Assembly: GCA_963977015.1 (NCBI GenBank) | Contig: CAXBMO010000027.1 | Location: 1-64,000 of the forward strand | From: an uncultured bacterium | Lineage (GTDB): Bacteria; Verrucomicrobiota; Verrucomicrobiia; Verrucomicrobiales; DEV007 | Direction: 5' to 3' | Length of the DNA: 64,000 nt | Shown here: positions 1-9,701 of the stretch, one piece after another | Layout of the letters: the number at the start of each line of letters is the position of its first letter | Position numbering within the stretch: position 1 is the stretch's first letter | Notes under the pieces: generated by a model | Seen by the model: the letters and a program-made list of their open reading frames with translations, nothing else | What the model was told of the DNA's origin: nothing | Database searches by the model: none | Translations under genes and position numbers: made by a program

Positions 1-2
1 CA

Positions 3-1214
3 AATCCTAGCAGAACTATCGTTTTGAGGTGTCCAGCTTTCTGGATCAGGTCACTCTGGCACCCGGCCTTTTGCGGGCCGTTCGTGTTGGCGGCACTGGC
101 GCTCTATTCGCGGATGGGTTATCCGCTGGAGCTCAGCATGACTGACATCGTGCTGCCGTTCGGTGTTTCCCTGGCGGCGGCGGTTGAATTGGTCTTGCTT
201 CCGGCGCTCGATTTGGCCGATGCTCATAGTTTTCTGGTGATCCAGGCAGGAGTGGTCGGCGCGTATTATCTGAAACCGGGAATCGGGAAGATGCGGGCTG
301 GTTGGCATGGCGCGAATCAGTTGGTCAATCTGAGCTACGCGGCGGAAGAGCAGAACGACTGGAACCCGTTTGGTTCTTGGCTGCCGGCCGTAAGGCGAGT
401 GGTCCGCCAGGTCAATCCGGTCATGATTCTCACCACGTTGATGTTTGAACTCGGCTACTGTCTGGCCCTGATTCATCCCGCGGCCTGGGTTGGAATCAAC
501 GCCTTGGCCTTCATTTTTCACGGTGGGGTGTTTGTGTTGAGCGGAATTTGTTTCTGGAAATGGCAGATCGTTTTGGCCGCCATTGGCGTGGCGGGCTTCG
601 GCGCGCTGGATTTTGGGTGGTTGGCCGTGGTTGGTGCTTCGACCGTGGCCATTGCCTATGCCCTGCTGGGCCGGCAAACCAGAGTGCTGACTTGGTTTGA
701 TGGACCCGTCTGTCACCGGTTTGAGTTTCGCGCAGTGGATGCCGAGGAGAATCGTTTCCGATTCCCGCCGGAGATCCTTGAGCCGCTCGGGTTCACCTTC
801 GCCCAAGGGCGATTTTTCTGTTTTCTGGACAGGCCTGTACTTCACGGTTGTTTTGGCGCGGTTACGAGTCGAAAGATCCTGAAAGCCGTGGAAAAATGCG
901 AGACTCTGGATGCGTATCAAATGACTTGCAAGGAATTGGGGCGTAACGCTTTTGACAAAGCGAGCGCGACTCGTGTCCTCGACGTACTCGCGGCCTATGT
1001 CAGGAATCGCCAGAGCAAAAACGGCTGCGCGTCCTGGTTTCGATGCCCCCCTCACATTTTCAGCCAAGTTCCGCGTTTGTCGTTGGATTTTAACCGTGTG
1101 ACTGGTCTCGAGGTGGTCTATGAAGAGGTGTTGCGCCAGGGAGAGCAGATGGTGAGGTCGGGCCCTGTGGTGGTGGCAACACGAACCCTGACAAAGGAGA
1201 AATCGAATTCATGA
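3..1214 (+). CDS. Multi-pass membrane protein, HTTM-like (5' truncated by window edge)
   Basis: The frame is open from the window start. Many hydrophobic segments; YYLKPGIGKMRAGW, FELGYCL and FHGGVFVLSGICFW resemble HTTM-domain signatures. Stop overlaps the next ATG (ATGA). Confidence 0.6.
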   Translation, partial: NPSRTIVLRCPAFWIRSLWHPAFCGPFVLAALALYSRMGYPLELSMTDIVLPFGVSLAAAVELVLLPALDLADAHSFLVIQAGVVGAYYLKPGIGKMRAGWHGANQLVNLSYAAEEQNDWNPFGSWLPAVRRVVRQVNPVMILTTLMFELGYCLALIHPAAWVGINALAFIFHGGVFVLSGICFWKWQIVLAAIGVAGFGALDFGWLAVVGASTVAIAYALLGRQTRVLTWFDGPVCHRFEFRAVDAEENRFRFPPEILEPLGFTFAQGRFFCFLDRPVLHGCFGAVTSRKILKAVEKCETLDAYQMTCKELGRNAFDKASATRVLDVLAAYVRNRQSKNGCASWFRCPPHIFSQVPRLSLDFNRVTGLEVVYEEVLRQGEQMVRSGPVVVATRTLTKEKSNS

Positions 1215-2002
1215 TTGGCTTGAAACAGGTTTTGGCTCACCCCGCCTCAATCGGAGTGGATTTGGATAGCCCGGACTGCACGGAGGCCCGAAAGGAGATC
1301 ATCCAGAGCAACGGATTTCTCCATCGGATCTACGAAGCGTGGTATGGTTGCCACAAGCAGGCGATCCCTGATTCGCCAATCGGGACCAGCATCCTGGAAA
1401 TTGGAAGCGGTGCCGGATTTTTTGCGGAGTTCATGAACTCTGACGAGGTCGTCACCTCGGATATCATTCCCTTGAGTGGCATTGATCTAACGCTCGATGC
1501 TCAAGAGTTGGAACAGGAGTTTGCTCCCGAATCCTTGCGGGGAATCACGATGATCAATGTGCTTCATCATGTGCCCGATGTGAGACGATTTTTTCGTTCG
1601 GCAACCCAGGCACTGGCCCCAGGTGGGGTGGTTAGCATGATCGAGCCTTGGGTGTCGGGTTGGTCAAAGTTCGTTTACAACAATCTCCATCACGAACCCT
1701 TTGATCCCGGTCGCCCGGATTGGGGGTTTGAAACCACGGGACCTCTTTCCGGCGCAAATGGCGCATTGCCTTGGATTGTTTTTGAGCGAGACAAGCAGCA
1801 ATTCGAAGAGGAGTTTCCCGAACTCAACATCGTTGGGATTCAACCGATCATGCCGCTTCTCTATCTCATCAGTGGAGGCGTATCGATGCGACAACTCCAA
1901 CCTGCTGCGTTGTTTGGACTTTGGAGCGGAGTTGAGAAGGCGCTCTCCCCTTGGCGTCGCCAGTTGGCAATGTTCGCGCACATTGTCGTTCAGAAGAAAT
2001 AG
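1211..2002 (+). CDS. Class I SAM-dependent methyltransferase
   Basis: Motif I ILEIGSGAG, TSDI, and NVLHHVPD post-II motif. Confidence 0.88.
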   Translation: MIGLKQVLAHPASIGVDLDSPDCTEARKEIIQSNGFLHRIYEAWYGCHKQAIPDSPIGTSILEIGSGAGFFAEFMNSDEVVTSDIIPLSGIDLTLDAQELEQEFAPESLRGITMINVLHHVPDVRRFFRSATQALAPGGVVSMIEPWVSGWSKFVYNNLHHEPFDPGRPDWGFETTGPLSGANGALPWIVFERDKQQFEEEFPELNIVGIQPIMPLLYLISGGVSMRQLQPAALFGLWSGVEKALSPWRRQLAMFAHIVVQKK

Positions 2003-2017
2003 GTAAGGAAGACGAAT

Positions 2018-3370
2018 TTGAACCAGAATCAGAAACCATCTCCAAGAGTGCAAAAAAAGCCACGTTATCATGTCAGGAAAACGTTGGACTATTTGCGAGT
2101 TACGGTTCGGCCTGGAGACAAGGCTGTTGAGATCAATCCTTCGGAATTGCATCTGCCGGGGCGCATTGATGAATCGGTTCCACGGTTGGTCACAGAGGAT
2201 TCCGGAAAAACCTTTTCTGTCCAGGATCATGAGGAGTTGGATGCCGACAAGTTGCTGGAAGAAGCTGACTACGTTGTGATTCGTCACGCAGTTCATCGCT
2301 GTTATGATATTGCCCAGCTTCTCGATCGAATTGGACGACGAATTGGTGATGAGGCAAAAATCGTGGTCGTGTTTTACAGCGCGCTTTGGAAACCCTTGAT
2401 CGAATCGCGGTGGGGCAGCAAAAACACGTTTATGAATTGGATCGCGCCAGAAGATCTGGAGAACCTGGCGAAGTTGGCGGGGCTGGAGACGATCAGTTCC
2501 CAAAGCCGGGTGTTGTGGCCGATCAATTTTCTAGGTTTGGGGTATTTTGTGAACCGTTACCTGGCTCCGTTGGCAGGGTTTCGATGGGCAAACCTGGTGA
2601 ATATCCAGATTCTTGGCAAGGCTCCCTTCAATAGGGAACCTCTCGACTCTCCCTCGGTATCTATTGTGGTTCCGGCCAGGAATGAGTCAGGAAATATTGA
2701 AGACGCCATTACGCGCCTGCCGAAGATGGGACCGAATGACGAAATTATCTTCATTGAGGGGAATTCGACCGACGACACGTGGGAGCGAATTCAGGAGATA
2801 AAAGAGAAATACGATTCGACGCATCGAATCAAGATCGGGCAACAGGATGGCAAAGGGAAATACAACGCCGTGCGCAAGGGCTTTGACATGGCCGAGAACG
2901 AAATCCTCATGATTCTGGATGCAGATTTAACAGTTCCTCCGGAAGAGTTGCCGGTGTTTTACCAAGCCATTACGAAAGGATTGGGAGAGTTTATCAATGG
3001 GAGTCGGTTGGTCTATCCCATGGAAGAAAAGGCAATGCGGTTTCTCAATATCTTGGGAAACAAAGCCTTCGCCTTGGCCTTTTCCTACGTTCTTGGGCAG
3101 CGATTCAAGGATACATTGTGTGGAACCAAGGTGATTACGCGGCGAAACTATGATCGCCTGGTGGGAAATCGGGAATACTTTGGGGACTTTGACCCGTTTG
3201 GTGATTTTGACCTTATTTTTGGGGTGTCGCGGATGGGGTTGAGGATCGTGGAGGTTCCGGTTCACTATAAGGAGCGCACCTATGGCGATACCAACATCAG
3301 CCGTTGGAAACACGGGATGATTCTCCTGCGAATGCTGATCTTTGCCGCAAAACGCCTTAAGTTTGTCTGA
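2018..3370 (+). CDS. Glycosyltransferase family 2 with a degenerate N-terminal methyltransferase-like domain
   Basis: SIVVPARNE, EGNSTDDT, GKGKYNAVR, ILDADL (DxD) and DTLCGTK (DPM-synthase-like GT2) in the C-terminal half. TTG start is uncertain. Confidence 0.88.
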   Translation: MNQNQKPSPRVQKKPRYHVRKTLDYLRVTVRPGDKAVEINPSELHLPGRIDESVPRLVTEDSGKTFSVQDHEELDADKLLEEADYVVIRHAVHRCYDIAQLLDRIGRRIGDEAKIVVVFYSALWKPLIESRWGSKNTFMNWIAPEDLENLAKLAGLETISSQSRVLWPINFLGLGYFVNRYLAPLAGFRWANLVNIQILGKAPFNREPLDSPSVSIVVPARNESGNIEDAITRLPKMGPNDEIIFIEGNSTDDTWERIQEIKEKYDSTHRIKIGQQDGKGKYNAVRKGFDMAENEILMILDADLTVPPEELPVFYQAITKGLGEFINGSRLVYPMEEKAMRFLNILGNKAFALAFSYVLGQRFKDTLCGTKVITRRNYDRLVGNREYFGDFDPFGDFDLIFGVSRMGLRIVEVPVHYKERTYGDTNISRWKHGMILLRMLIFAAKRLKFV

Positions 3371-3454
3371 TCGGCCAAAATCCCAGCGATTGTTGATGAC
3401 GGAGTCCCGGTTCCTTTGTGGCGGGACTTTGTTTTGTACTTTAATCCAAACGAA

Positions 3455-4564
3455 GTGAAGATTCTCTACGTATCCTCATCCACCGTTCCGTCGCGCTCCG
3501 CGAATAGCGTGCACGTGATGAAGATGTGTCACTCGATGGCCAAGCTGGGTCACGAGGTTCGTCTTTTGACCATGAGTCGACCCGAGCAGGAAGTTGAGGG
3601 CGTTGGAGATATCTTTCAGCACTACGGAGTTGCCGAGAATTTTGAAGTCCAACCCTTGCCGTTCCCAAAGATTCCGGGGCGCCCTTGGATCTATGCTTAT
3701 CACGCCTCGAGAGCTGCATCTCGTTGGAAGCCACAGTTGATTTATGGGCGGTATTTTCCGGCCATGGCTACGATCGGGTTGTTGGGATTCCCGGTCGCTC
3801 TGGAATCCCATGAGCGAGTTTGGGATCGGGGCAGGATCGGGCGAGTCCTGGCGGAACGCCTCTATAAGGCCAAGGGTTTTCAAAAGTTGATCGTTATTTC
3901 AGACGCCCTCAAAGAGATGTATGTCGACGCGGGAATGATCGATGCCGCGCGAATCGTTGTTGCCCATGATGCTGCCGATTTAGCGCCGATTTCCGAATTT
4001 TCGGCGGGTTCCAGCAAGACTCGCGCTGGCTATATTGGTGGCGTTTATCCAGGGCGTGGAATCGAGCTCGTCTTGAATTGCGCAGAGAGACTGTCCTCCA
4101 TGGAGTTTCATTTTGTGGGAGGAACAGAGTCAGATATCGCGGCGCTAAACGGCGGAGAGCTGCCTGAAAATGTCGTTTGCCATGGATATCTTCCTCCGGA
4201 GCAGGTTCCCGGGTTGCGAGCTTCCTTTGACATTCTCCTGGCACCCTATCAACGCAAGGTCGCCGTATGGGGTGGGGGAGGAGACACCAGTGCATTCATG
4301 TCTCCCTTGAAGATTTTTGAATACATGGCATCCGGACGTCCCATGATCTGTTCTGACATGCCGGTGCTTCGTGAAGTCTTGACCGAGGAAAACTCGATGC
4401 TGTGCGATCCGGAAGATCTGGAGGCCTGGGTCCGAGCGTTGGAAAAGCTCCAATCGGACTCACAACTATCTCAGAGGATTGGGGCGAACGCTCTGGCCGA
4501 CTTTAAGGAGAATTATACCTGGGATATTCGCGCGGAGAGGATCTTGGAAAGCATTTCAGGTTAA
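3455..4564 (+). CDS. Glycosyltransferase family 4
   Basis: ANSVHVMKMC N-terminal motif and SPLKIFEYMASGRPMICSD GT-B motif. GTG start at 3455 preferred over 3416. Confidence 0.9.
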   Translation: MKILYVSSSTVPSRSANSVHVMKMCHSMAKLGHEVRLLTMSRPEQEVEGVGDIFQHYGVAENFEVQPLPFPKIPGRPWIYAYHASRAASRWKPQLIYGRYFPAMATIGLLGFPVALESHERVWDRGRIGRVLAERLYKAKGFQKLIVISDALKEMYVDAGMIDAARIVVAHDAADLAPISEFSAGSSKTRAGYIGGVYPGRGIELVLNCAERLSSMEFHFVGGTESDIAALNGGELPENVVCHGYLPPEQVPGLRASFDILLAPYQRKVAVWGGGGDTSAFMSPLKIFEYMASGRPMICSDMPVLREVLTEENSMLCDPEDLEAWVRALEKLQSDSQLSQRIGANALADFKENYTWDIRAERILESISG

Positions 4565-4583
4565 GCCACGCAATGGAGCGGGC

Positions 4584-5702
4584 TTAACTGAAAAACGCGG
4601 AAACCTGTTCCGCCGCATAGTGCAGTTGCTCCTCTTTCAACTCAGGAAACACCGGGATACTAAGCACTTCACCAGCGAGTTGATCCGTCGTGGAGAAATC
4701 CCCGCTCTTTACTACGTCAACAAAACACTCCTGACGATGCAGCGGCACGGGATAGTAGACCTCGGATGCGACATTGTTTTCCTGAAGATGGTTGCGCAAG
4801 GCATCGCGCTGACCTTCGCCGGAAATGCGAAGCGTAAACTGGTTCCAAATGTGGTGCTTTGCCGCTCCTGGTCTGGGGATCTTCAGGTGACCGTTGGCTT
4901 CCAGGGGCTCCAGCAACGTTGAATAGGTTGCGGCGTTTTTCTGGCGCTTTTCCGCGTAGGAGTCGAGATGCCGCAATTTGATCTCCAACATCGCGGCCTG
5001 AATCTCATCGAGCCGGAAATTGCCGCCGATGATCTTGTGGTGATAACGAGGTTCCATCCCGTGATTCCGCAGCAGTCGGCAGCGATGCGCTAAATCCGGG
5101 TTGTTCGTGACGATCGCACCGCCCTCTCCGAACCCACTCAGGTTCTTGGAAGGGAAAAAGCTGAACGTGCCAAAATCTCCCATCGAACCCACTGGGCGGT
5201 CTTGATCTCGCGCTCCGAGCGCCTGCGCCGCATCTTCAACCACCGGCAACTTCCGTTCTCTCGCGAGCTCCAGAATGCCATCCATGGATGCGGCCTGACC
5301 GAAAAGGTGAACGGGGATGATCGCGCGGGTTTTCTCCGTGATAGCCGGCTCGACATCTTCCCGACGAAGATTGAAAGTCTCAGGGCAACATTCGACAAAC
5401 ACCGGCGTCGCTCCCAGCCTCGCCACACAACCGGCGGTCGCAAAGAACGTGAACGAAGGGCAAATCACCTCGTCGCCGGGGCCGATCTCAAGAGCCATCA
5501 GAGCAACCAACAACGCGTCCGTTCCAGAACTCACCGCAATGGCGTGCTCAGTGTCCGTGTAATCGGCGAGGGCTTTTTCAAACCGGGCGACCCGCGGTCC
5601 GGAAATGTAGTAGCCTGAGCGCAAAACTTCAGTGAAAGCAGTAAGAAACTCTTCCTCAAGGGCTGCATTCTGTTCGGTTAACTCTAAGAGAGGGATCTGC
5701 AT
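4584..5702 (-). CDS. DegT/DnrJ/EryC1/StrS family sugar aminotransferase
   Basis: SSGTDAL, PVHLFGQ, EDAAQALG, SFFPSKNL (PLP lysine), GGNFRLDEIQAA. Confidence 0.95.
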   Translation of the reverse strand: MQIPLLELTEQNAALEEEFLTAFTEVLRSGYYISGPRVARFEKALADYTDTEHAIAVSSGTDALLVALMALEIGPGDEVICPSFTFFATAGCVARLGATPVFVECCPETFNLRREDVEPAITEKTRAIIPVHLFGQAASMDGILELARERKLPVVEDAAQALGARDQDRPVGSMGDFGTFSFFPSKNLSGFGEGGAIVTNNPDLAHRCRLLRNHGMEPRYHHKIIGGNFRLDEIQAAMLEIKLRHLDSYAEKRQKNAATYSTLLEPLEANGHLKIPRPGAAKHHIWNQFTLRISGEGQRDALRNHLQENNVASEVYYPVPLHRQECFVDVVKSGDFSTTDQLAGEVLSIPVFPELKEEQLHYAAEQVSAFFS

Positions 5703-5747
5703 CAGCACCGAACGGTAGGTTCAACAAACACCATCGCGCAAGAGGGA

Positions 5748-6890
5748 ATGAAAAAGACTCGCATCATCCACATCATCACGTGCCTGGACACCGGGGGAGC
5801 CGAGGCCATGCTCTTCAAGCTACTGAGTGGCATGGATCGGGAAAAGTTTGAGAATGAGGTGGTGTCGATGTGGGACAAAGGGGTTTTTGGGCCGCGAATG
5901 GAAGAACTGGGAGTGGCGGTGCATTCGTTGGAGATGAATCACGGTGTCGGCAAGGTGGCCGCTCTCCGGAAATTGAGGAAGTTGGTTCAAGCTTTCGATC
6001 CTGATTGGGTTCAGGGGTGGATGTATCATGGAAATCTGGCGGCGACCGCCGCTGCGGGTTTTTCGGGGCGGAAAAGGCGGGTCGCCTGGAATATTCGCCA
6101 TTCCGTCGATCGGCTGTCTGATGAAAAGCGGAGTACCCAGCTTGTGATCAAGGCGGGCGCCTACCTGTCACGACTGCCGGAAGTGGTGATCTGCAATTCG
6201 AAGGTCGCGATTCGGCAACACGAGAACTTGGGATACGCCAAGGCGAACTCGCGGTTCATTCCGAATGGCTTTGATCTGGAGCGGTTCCAGCCGGACGCGA
6301 CCGCCCGCAGCGAGGTTCGCGCCGAGCTGAACATCCCGCCGGATTGCCCGGTCGTCGGCGTCATCCAGCGCTGGCATCCCATGAAGGATCACGCCACTTT
6401 TTTGAGAGCCGTTAGTCAGTTAGGCGAACGTGGCTTTCATGTCATCATGGCAGGGCGCGATGTTGATTCGGAAAACCGGGAACTTCTGGGCTTTATTTCC
6501 GATCATCAACTGCAAGCGCACGTGACACTTCTTGGTGAGCGCAGTGATGTGGAAAAGGTTTGCAACGCCTGTGATCTCCTCTGCGTTCCGTCTGCTCGAG
6601 GAGAGGGATTTCCGAATATCGTTGGCGAGGCAATGGCCTGCGGGGTTCCCTGTGTTGTGACCGATGTAGGGGACGCTGGATTTGTTGTCGGTGAAACGGG
6701 GATCGTAGTTCCTCCTCGCGATAAAGATGCACTCTGCCGTGGCATGGCTGAAATGATGAATCGGGTGTCTCAATATCGGCAGTCTATCTCCAGTGATTGC
6801 CGCTCAAGGATCGAATCTGAATTTGGGCTTGCAAAGGTGGTTGCCGAATACGAACGCCTCTACCTTGAATCTGACTTGATTCGAGACTGA
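5748..6890 (+). CDS. Glycosyltransferase family 4
   Basis: LDTGGAEAML, IPNGFD, EGFPNIVGEAMACGVPCVVTDVGD. Confidence 0.93.
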   Translation: MKKTRIIHIITCLDTGGAEAMLFKLLSGMDREKFENEVVSMWDKGVFGPRMEELGVAVHSLEMNHGVGKVAALRKLRKLVQAFDPDWVQGWMYHGNLAATAAAGFSGRKRRVAWNIRHSVDRLSDEKRSTQLVIKAGAYLSRLPEVVICNSKVAIRQHENLGYAKANSRFIPNGFDLERFQPDATARSEVRAELNIPPDCPVVGVIQRWHPMKDHATFLRAVSQLGERGFHVIMAGRDVDSENRELLGFISDHQLQAHVTLLGERSDVEKVCNACDLLCVPSARGEGFPNIVGEAMACGVPCVVTDVGDAGFVVGETGIVVPPRDKDALCRGMAEMMNRVSQYRQSISSDCRSRIESEFGLAKVVAEYERLYLESDLIRD

Positions 6891-6908
6891 ACCACTTCTG
6901 TTTCAATC

Positions 6909-8228
6909 GTGAAAATTCCTGAGCTTAGCCAATTCGAATCCAGCGACCGCAAAATCTGTGTGATCGGGCTGGGGTATGTTGGGATGCCGTTGGCTGTTCG
7001 GTTGGCGACGGCGTTTTCGGTGATCGGGTTTGATATTCACGAAGGGCGTGTTTCCGAGTTGAATGCGGGGCATGATCACACGGGGGAGGTGGATGAAGCA
7101 ACGTTGCAGGGCTCGACGGTGGAGTTTACGGCGGATCCGGAGCGGATTGGTGAGGCGAGCGTGATCATCGTCACCGTTCCCACGCCCATCGATGGGAACA
7201 ATCGCCCGGACTTGAGCCCGATTCTGGCGGCATCTCGCACGGTGGGTAAGCATCTTTCCGAGGGGGCGATTGTGGTCTATGAATCGACGGTTTATCCGGG
7301 AGTGACCGAAGACGAGTGTGTGCCGGTTCTGGAAAAGGAGAGCGGGATGAAGTGGAAGGAAGATTTCGCGGTTGGCTACTCGCCGGAGCGAATCAATCCG
7401 GGCGACAAAGTTCATACGGTTGACAAGATCACCAAGGTGGTGGCGGGCGATTGTGAGGAATCGGCGGACCTTCTTGCGAAGATCTACGGAGCGGTGATCC
7501 CGGCGGGCATTCACGTGGCTGAGTCGATTCAAGTCGCGGAAGCGGCGAAGGTGATTGAGAACACCCAGCGCGATCTCAACATCGCGTTGATGAATGAATT
7601 GGCGTTGATTTTTGATAAGCTCAACATCAACACGAATGCGGTGCTGAGAGCGGCGGGAACGAAGTGGAATTTCCTTCCGTTTACCCCAGGCCTGGTTGGT
7701 GGGCATTGCATTGGTGTCGATCCCTTTTACCTGACGCACAAGGCGGAGAGTGTTGGTTATCATCCCGAGGTGATTTTATCCGGGCGACGCATCAACGACG
7801 GAATGGGCAAGTTCATCGCCGAGCAGACCGTCAAGTTGATGATCAAGTCGGGGAAGGCGATCAAGGGAGCCAAGGTCCTGGTTCTTGGGTTTACCTTTAA
7901 GGAGAATGTTCCGGATTTGAGAAACACGCGGGTTATCGATATTGTTCGAGAACTGGAAGACTACCGCATTGATGTCACCATTCATGACCCTCATGCTTCG
8001 GCGGAGGAGGCAAAGGAAGAGTATGGGGTGGAGCTGGCTGAAGACTATCGGTCAGGGCAGGCGTTTGACGCGATCGTGGTTGCCGTAAAGCATGAAGCGT
8101 ATTGTCAGGAGGTTGACTTTGAGTCGCTCGAGACTCTGTCCAATGGAGTGCCCATCGTGATTGATGTGAAGTGGTTGTTCGATCCCAAGCAAACCGCCGC
8201 GCGAGGTATTTCTCTTTGGCAATTGTAG
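6909..8228 (+). CDS. Nucleotide-sugar dehydrogenase (UDP-N-acetylhexosamine 6-dehydrogenase, TviB/WbpO/WecC type)
   Basis: GLGYVG Rossmann motif, YESTVYPG, YSPERINPG, GGHCI catalytic Cys, FKENVPDLRN. Confidence 0.93.
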   Translation: MKIPELSQFESSDRKICVIGLGYVGMPLAVRLATAFSVIGFDIHEGRVSELNAGHDHTGEVDEATLQGSTVEFTADPERIGEASVIIVTVPTPIDGNNRPDLSPILAASRTVGKHLSEGAIVVYESTVYPGVTEDECVPVLEKESGMKWKEDFAVGYSPERINPGDKVHTVDKITKVVAGDCEESADLLAKIYGAVIPAGIHVAESIQVAEAAKVIENTQRDLNIALMNELALIFDKLNINTNAVLRAAGTKWNFLPFTPGLVGGHCIGVDPFYLTHKAESVGYHPEVILSGRRINDGMGKFIAEQTVKLMIKSGKAIKGAKVLVLGFTFKENVPDLRNTRVIDIVRELEDYRIDVTIHDPHASAEEAKEEYGVELAEDYRSGQAFDAIVVAVKHEAYCQEVDFESLETLSNGVPIVIDVKWLFDPKQTAARGISLWQL

Positions 8229-8274
8229 AGTTCTTCTCCTATCCCTCGCCTTCTCTACATTCAGAGATTTTTTT

Positions 8275-8299
8275 GAGTCGCTTTCGAGCGGCTTTTTTT
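8275..8299 (+). terminator. Probable intrinsic terminator
   Basis: gagtcgct-ttcg-agcggctt hairpin followed by a T run, between convergent genes. Confidence 0.6.
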
Positions 8300-9614
8300 A
8301 TGCCTTCAGGTCAGCCGGGACCGTATTATCGACGGGAGGAACGTCGTGTTCGGGAGACCAACCGGTGAGGTTGTTCACGATCGTTCGAAGGCTCCGAAGG
8401 ATCACGCTGTGGCTGTAGTATCGAGCGGCAACTTCGTAGTTATGATCGACGACTTCCTTGAGGTAGGTCTTGTCGTGGAGGAGGCGATTGATTTCGTGAA
8501 GCACTCCTCGAGTGATAAAGCCGTCGATCATGGGGAAGCGAAAGCCTTTTGGTTCGATGTCCTCAATAAAGATGCTGTAGCGATTTACGAGAACCGGCTT
8601 CTTGAAATAAATCGCTTCCAACAAGGCGTTGCCAAAGCCTTCGTAGATACTTGGATAGGTGACCAAATCCGCATGAGGATAGAGATCCCAGAGCGTATAC
8701 ATCTTCCTGCCCTTGGCATCCCGGTGCCGAATCTCTGAAACCCGGTTTCCGACCATGACGAGTTGAACGCCCTCTTCATGGGCCAACTCTTCGATCATGT
8801 GCTGATACTCATATCCCTCGTCGCCGGCGTCGTGCGAGATCACGAGTTTGCAACGTGGGTTGTCCAGCATGCTTACCAGTTTGATCGCGTGTTCGATGCC
8901 TTTTCGCGGCACGATTCGAGTCGGTTGGAGGATGAAGATATCGTCTTCGCTCAGTCCAAGGTCGGCTCGCAACTTTTTGGTATAGGTATCGATCTTGGGC
9001 GCGGGTTTCTCAAAATCAAAGACGTTCGGCATGAGGGCCGATCCCACGCCTTTCCGCAAGGAGAGCTGCTGTTGCGCGGATGCGTTGATGACGGTGTGCG
9101 CGATTTTGGGAAGTCGCGGAGGGAACGCCATATCGAGGTAATCGTTCACCGCCGAGATGCTGAATCGCGTCCGTTCCCAATAGAAGTCGTGATGATGGGC
9201 AATGCAGGCCGTTCCGGTCTCTGCGAGAAACTCGGTGATGGCGATCCCCAGGGGAATGTGCATGGGAATCGTCAGGGCGTTCTCGGCGACCATCACGTCG
9301 ATCGAAAATTTGTCGCAGAAATCGTAGAGGGTCTCTTTGAGGTAGTCTGCCAAAACCCGGATGCGACGGGTGACCATCGGTTCGCGAATTTGTCTCGACC
9401 AGATCCGTTCGTTGATCCAGACGTTCTCAGGATGACGGAAATACGCCTCCGGAACGCACATCGAAATCTCCGGCTGTCGATCGCTGAGGCCCGAATACCA
9501 GTGGGTCACATGTTTGTCGCCCTCCCACATGATACTGGCCCACTTTGCCGCCTCCAGCGAAACTCCATCCGTTCCGGCAAAGCGCGTTGACACGTATCCA
9601 AAATTCAAAGGCAT
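8298..9614 (-). CDS. Glycosyltransferase family 4, possibly a mannosylglucosylglycerate-type compatible-solute synthase
   Basis: STRFAGTDGVSLE N-terminus, HHHDFYWER, PTRIVPRKGIE, YPSIYEGFGNALLE. The Mgg-type assignment is from recollection and tentative. Confidence 0.8.
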   Translation of the reverse strand: MPLNFGYVSTRFAGTDGVSLEAAKWASIMWEGDKHVTHWYSGLSDRQPEISMCVPEAYFRHPENVWINERIWSRQIREPMVTRRIRVLADYLKETLYDFCDKFSIDVMVAENALTIPMHIPLGIAITEFLAETGTACIAHHHDFYWERTRFSISAVNDYLDMAFPPRLPKIAHTVINASAQQQLSLRKGVGSALMPNVFDFEKPAPKIDTYTKKLRADLGLSEDDIFILQPTRIVPRKGIEHAIKLVSMLDNPRCKLVISHDAGDEGYEYQHMIEELAHEEGVQLVMVGNRVSEIRHRDAKGRKMYTLWDLYPHADLVTYPSIYEGFGNALLEAIYFKKPVLVNRYSIFIEDIEPKGFRFPMIDGFITRGVLHEINRLLHDKTYLKEVVDHNYEVAARYYSHSVILRSLRTIVNNLTGWSPEHDVPPVDNTVPADLKA

Positions 9615-9701
9615 AAGGGTATCGAAGAAAGCATGATGCAGGCCAACTTCACCATGAAATGCGAGCTTTGTCGCGTCCCAGGGGGCGTTTGAAAATGAGC
9701 C

